DNA of 64,000 nucleotides, from NCBI GenBank assembly GCA_040767365.1, contig JAXGOR010000004.1, forward strand, positions 971 to 64,970, read 5' to 3'. Positions within the stretch are counted from its first letter, which is position 1; the number at the start of each line of letters is the position of its first letter. Origin of the DNA: Clostridia bacterium (GTDB lineage: Bacteria > Bacillota > Clostridia > Saccharofermentanales > DTU023). Below, piece after piece: positions 60,920-64,000 of this stretch. The notes beneath the pieces were generated by a model. That model saw nothing but the letters and a program-made list of their open reading frames with translations. It did no database searches and was not told the origin of the DNA. The position numbers and the translations under genes were made by a program.

Positions 60920-62413
60920 TTAAAGGGAAAAGAGGGTCTTCTTCTTCCTGATCAATTCCTCGACCCGATCGATGTAGAGGAGGAGGTCCTTGGGGTTGTG
61001 GTGGCGGCGGGCCGTAGCCTCCAGGATCACCTTTGAAGTCGACCCGCTCCCCAGACCTATGACCGGTACCTGGTCACTCATCATGGCGACATTGTAGAGG
61101 GAGCCCCCGGTCCGGGTGAAGCCCGTGTTCTCCAGGCCGGACAGGCAGTTCTTCTGCCGGTAGAGATAGTAGGGCCGGTAGCCCTGGCGGCGAAGGCTCT
61201 CCTGGGCCTCTTCGACGGCCTCGATCAGGGCCTGGTCAGGGAGGAAGACTTGCCGGTCGACCGGGAGCCTGTCCAGGGCGGAGCCCCGCTTGACAGCCAG
61301 GGTGTGGAGGGTGATGTGTTCGGGGCCCAGCGCCATGACCTGTTCGAGTGAATCCAGGAGTTCGGCCGCCCCCTCCCCGGGCAGGCCCGCGATAAGGTCC
61401 ATGTTGATGTCCCCGAAACCCAGGGACCGGGCCAGGCGGAAGGCCCTGACCGTTTCCTCCACCGTATGCCGCCGGCCGATCCTCTTCAGGGTCGCCTCCT
61501 GCATGGTCTGTGGATTGACGCAGAGCCTGTGGAAACCATACTTCCGGATAAGGTCCAGTTTTTCACGGTCCAGGGTATCGGGCCGGCCTGCCTCCATGGT
61601 CATTTCCGCGCCGGCGGCCAGGGGGGCCTTCTCCAGGACCCCCTGGAGGAAACGCTCAAAGAGAGGGGCCGGCAGGCTGGTCGGGGTACCGCCGCCATAA
61701 TAGACAGCGGCCAAAGGGCCCTGGCCCCCGTCTGAAAAGACCCCCCGGGCCTCCCGGATGACCGCCTCGACATAGGCTTCCAGGCTGCCTGCCTGCCTCT
61801 TGGCGTCCTGGGTGATGAAGCTGCAGTAGAGGCAGCGGCTGGGACAGAAGGGCAGGCCCACGTAGAGAAGGCCCTGGCCCTCCTCCAGGCTTGACAGGAT
61901 GGCCTCCTCGGCCAGGGCGGTCTCGGCCGCCAGCCGGGCCTTGGCCGGGGAAAGCCGCCAGTAGTCAAGTAATTCCTTCTCCGCCTCCGCCCGGCCTTTT
62001 TTCCGGATGGCCTCAAGGGCGATCCGGGTCGGCCTGACCCCGGTCAGACTTCCCCAGGGAAAGCTCAGCCCCAGGGCCCCTTCCAGAAGGAGATGGAGCT
62101 GACGTTTCAAGACCCGCCTCAGGTCATGGAGGGGAACCTCCTCCGTCACGCCCCCGGCCTCCAGCCCCCCCTCCCTCCTGCAAGGGCCGCTTGTCACCCT
62201 GACCAGGCGGTCGGAGCGGCCACTCCTTGAAGCGGCCCGGGCCTGTTGGGGGGAGACCGGCGGGTCAACCGAGGAAAGGAGGCAGATCGGCTGGTCACAG
62301 GCCGCTGTCAGGACCGAATCGCCCCTTCTTTCCACGGAGGCGAAAAAAGTCCGGACGACATCCGCCAGGGCGGCAAATTCCCGGTGTCCTTCCGTCTCAA
62401 GTCTGAAAGCCAC
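60920..62413 (-). CDS. hemZ: coproporphyrinogen dehydrogenase HemZ-like radical SAM protein
   Basis: LYVGLPFCPSRCLYCSF radical-SAM motif, a HemN-like C-terminus and an N-terminal extension of about 170 aa typical of HemZ. Confidence 0.75.
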   Translation of the reverse strand: MAFRLETEGHREFAALADVVRTFFASVERRGDSVLTAACDQPICLLSSVDPPVSPQQARAASRSGRSDRLVRVTSGPCRREGGLEAGGVTEEVPLHDLRRVLKRQLHLLLEGALGLSFPWGSLTGVRPTRIALEAIRKKGRAEAEKELLDYWRLSPAKARLAAETALAEEAILSSLEEGQGLLYVGLPFCPSRCLYCSFITQDAKRQAGSLEAYVEAVIREARGVFSDGGQGPLAAVYYGGGTPTSLPAPLFERFLQGVLEKAPLAAGAEMTMEAGRPDTLDREKLDLIRKYGFHRLCVNPQTMQEATLKRIGRRHTVEETVRAFRLARSLGFGDINMDLIAGLPGEGAAELLDSLEQVMALGPEHITLHTLAVKRGSALDRLPVDRQVFLPDQALIEAVEEAQESLRRQGYRPYYLYRQKNCLSGLENTGFTRTGGSLYNVAMMSDQVPVIGLGSGSTSKVILEATARRHHNPKDLLLYIDRVEELIRKKKTLFSL

Positions 62414-62423
62414 GGCCAGGCGC

Positions 62424-63239
62424 CTACTTGAAGATCCCTGTCATGTTGAGGAGCCAGAGGAGGAAGAGGAAGATGGGCTGGTGGACAAAGTAGACCCAGA
62501 GGGAATGGCGGCCGAAGAAACGGATGGGCCGGCCCAGCCTGTAGAGCCTCCCCCGCCCCTTGGTGAGAGGCAGGCCGGGCGCGTAGAGGGTATGGCCCAG
62601 GGCCGCCCCGATCAGGAAGAAACCGATCCAGGGAAAGAGGGGCATCTGGTCCAGCTGGTGGACCCCCTGGGCCGAGGAGCCCAGGATGATGAGGAGGGGG
62701 TTCTTCGACTGGGCCGGCAGGATGGGGTCGATCAGGGCCGAGGTAAAAACCCCCAGGACCCCCAGGATGATGAGCAGGCCCGTGTAAAGATGGGGCCTGT
62801 GTTCCTGGGTCGCTTCCTCCCCCGGACCCGGGATCCATCCCAGTCTGCCGGCGCCCCGCTCGATCAGGGCATAGACCACGGTCGACAGGGCGACCACGTG
62901 GATGACATTGAAAAGGAGGAGGCCCGTACCGGCCATGGCGTCGACGAAGATGCTGAGGGCCGTTGCCATGATGGCAAAGATGACCATGCGGATGCCCCGC
63001 CTCAGGCCATTTCGGGAGAAACGGGAACTGGCGCCCGAGACCGTGAGAAAGACGATAAGGACCAGGGGCCGGCCGATATAGTAGAACCAGTAATCGTGCT
63101 GGAAGGCCACGGCCTTGACCCCGTAGATATCGTAAAGATCCCCGATCAGGTGGTGGAACATCATAAGGGTGAGCGCGCATCCCCTCAGGAAATCGAGTTC
63201 AGGGATCCGGCCCTTGGCTTCTGCCTGATAATAGTCCAT
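62424..63239 (-). CDS. DUF1624 (heparan-alpha-glucosaminide N-acetyltransferase-like) membrane protein
   Basis: RIPELDFLRGCALTLMMFHHL..., polytopic. ATG at 63239 lies 8 nt after GGTGAGG. Confidence 0.7.
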   Translation of the reverse strand: MDYYQAEAKGRIPELDFLRGCALTLMMFHHLIGDLYDIYGVKAVAFQHDYWFYYIGRPLVLIVFLTVSGASSRFSRNGLRRGIRMVIFAIMATALSIFVDAMAGTGLLLFNVIHVVALSTVVYALIERGAGRLGWIPGPGEEATQEHRPHLYTGLLIILGVLGVFTSALIDPILPAQSKNPLLIILGSSAQGVHQLDQMPLFPWIGFFLIGAALGHTLYAPGLPLTKGRGRLYRLGRPIRFFGRHSLWVYFVHQPIFLFLLWLLNMTGIFK

Positions 63240-63272
63240 ACCGTCTACCTCACCGATCAATATAGATGGAAA

Positions 63273-63314
63273 GGGCGGCTTGGGAAGGAGCTTGTAAGTC
63301 TTCCCAAACCGCCC
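63273..63314 (-). terminator. Intrinsic terminator of ppdK
   Basis: Minus strand reads GGGCGGTTTGGGAAG-(12 nt)-CTTCCCAAGCCGCCC followed by TTTCC. The stem is 15 bp with one G-U pair. Confidence 0.7.
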
Positions 63315-63335
63315 GATTGGAAGCTGTGGATCAGC

Positions 63336-64000
63336 TTACTTGCGCGGATATCTCAGGGCCGCCTGGGCTGCCGAAAGACGGGCGATCGGTACCCGGTAGG
63401 GGGAGCAGGACACGTAGTCCAGGCCCGCGATCTGGCAGAACTCAACGGAGGAAGGTTCCCCCCCATGTTCGCCACAGATCCCCAGTTCGAGTTCAGGCTT
63501 GGTCTTGCGGCCGAGGTCGACCGCCATCCTCATGAGGGCTCCGACGCCGACCCGGTCAAGCTTGGCCGTGGGATCGACCTCGAAGATACCGACCCGGTAG
63601 TAAGCCTCCAGGATCTTGCCGGCATCGTCACGGGAGAGACCGTAGGTCATCTGGGTCAAATCATTGGTCCCGAAGCTGAAGAAATCGGCCTCTTCCGCGA
63701 TCTGGTCCGCCGTGAGGCAGGCGCGCGGGATTTCAATCATGGTCCCCACCCAGTACTTGAGTGAGCGGCCGGATTCCTTGATCAGGCGTTCCGCCGTTGA
63801 CTTGATGAAGCCGTTCAGGTATTCAAGTTCCTTGACCTCACAGATCAGCGGCACCATGATCTCCGGCATGACATCAATGCCTTCCGCCTGTGCCTCCAGG
63901 GCCGCGCCAATGATGGCCTCTGTCTGCATCTCGGCGATCTCCGGATAGCTGACGGCCAGGCGGCAGCCGCGATGGCCCAGCATGGGATTGAGCTCATGCA
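63336..64000 (-). CDS. ppdK: pyruvate, phosphate dikinase (C-terminal PEP-utilising TIM barrel; 5' part beyond the right edge)
   Basis: ...MLGHRGCRLAVSYPEI...FFSFGTNDLTQMTYGLSRDD...CGEHGGEPSSVEFC...YVSCSPYRVPIARLAAAQ-like C-terminus. Confidence 0.9.
   Translation of the reverse strand, partial: HELNPMLGHRGCRLAVSYPEIAEMQTEAIIGAALEAQAEGIDVMPEIMVPLICEVKELEYLNGFIKSTAERLIKESGRSLKYWVGTMIEIPRACLTADQIAEEADFFSFGTNDLTQMTYGLSRDDAGKILEAYYRVGIFEVDPTAKLDRVGVGALMRMAVDLGRKTKPELELGICGEHGGEPSSVEFCQIAGLDYVSCSPYRVPIARLSAAQAALRYPRK

Noticed and set aside
1-64000. CRISPR arrays, rRNA/tRNA genes, transposases, integrases, prophage or defence-island gene sets.
   Set aside because: None was seen. Non-coding space is small, and the only repeats are short in-frame coding repeats and terminator or operator palindromes.

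Overview
This is a GC-rich (roughly 60% by eye), almost fully coding chromosomal segment from a strictly anaerobic Firmicutes/Clostridia-like bacterium. I support about 57 protein genes and found no rRNA, tRNA, CRISPR array, transposase or integrase.

Gene content, left to right:
- Cell envelope: Gx-transporter/NusG_II pair, two tandem L,D-transpeptidase paralogs and a CAP-domain protein. All three secreted proteins carry Thr/Pro-rich linkers.
- Fermentation and redox: an E2-like acyltransferase convergent with ptb-buk, a three-subunit xanthine-dehydrogenase-family molybdoenzyme, a nitroreductase and a membrane H+-pyrophosphatase.
- Transport: a Na/Pi cotransporter.
- thrS followed by a DUF3810, MBOAT, DHHW cluster, then malic enzyme.
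- A peroxiredoxin-perR operon and a 5'-nucleotidase.
- A trimeric HydCBA [FeFe]-hydrogenase operon of the electron-bifurcating type.
- DMT transporter, M20 peptidase, YfcC transporter and a frameshifted rqcH.
- queH-ruvBAC, LCP, rpsT.
- A lower-GC islet carrying a GNAT gene and an MqsA-like gene.
- rnj, relA, recJ, rpsU and a DUF2207 protein.
- A translationally coupled ileS-queT-methyltransferase-ispF-like operon.
- A purine permease, a metallophosphoesterase, hemZ, a DUF1624 protein and the 3' end of ppdK.

The strongest non-obvious signal is the peroxiredoxin at 25901..26509. It has an in-frame TGA exactly at the peroxidatic-cysteine position. A small hairpin follows at SECIS-like spacing. 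Two 7-1-7 Per boxes lie upstream and perR lies downstream. I read this as a selenocysteine peroxiredoxin (PrxU-like) that ORF calling truncates.

Other second-look items:
- HydA has an H-cluster L1 motif reading TSCSPGW instead of TSCCPxW.
- The IspF-like protein lacks one zinc-ligand His.
- The lipoyl-less E2-like acyltransferase has DERxxDG instead of DHRxxDG.
- There is an orphan HExxHxxGxxD protein.
- The GNAT/MqsA-like pair overlaps by 26 nt.
- rqcH is split by a 1-nt indel.

Everything here is read from the sequence and from memory of protein families. No database search was run.
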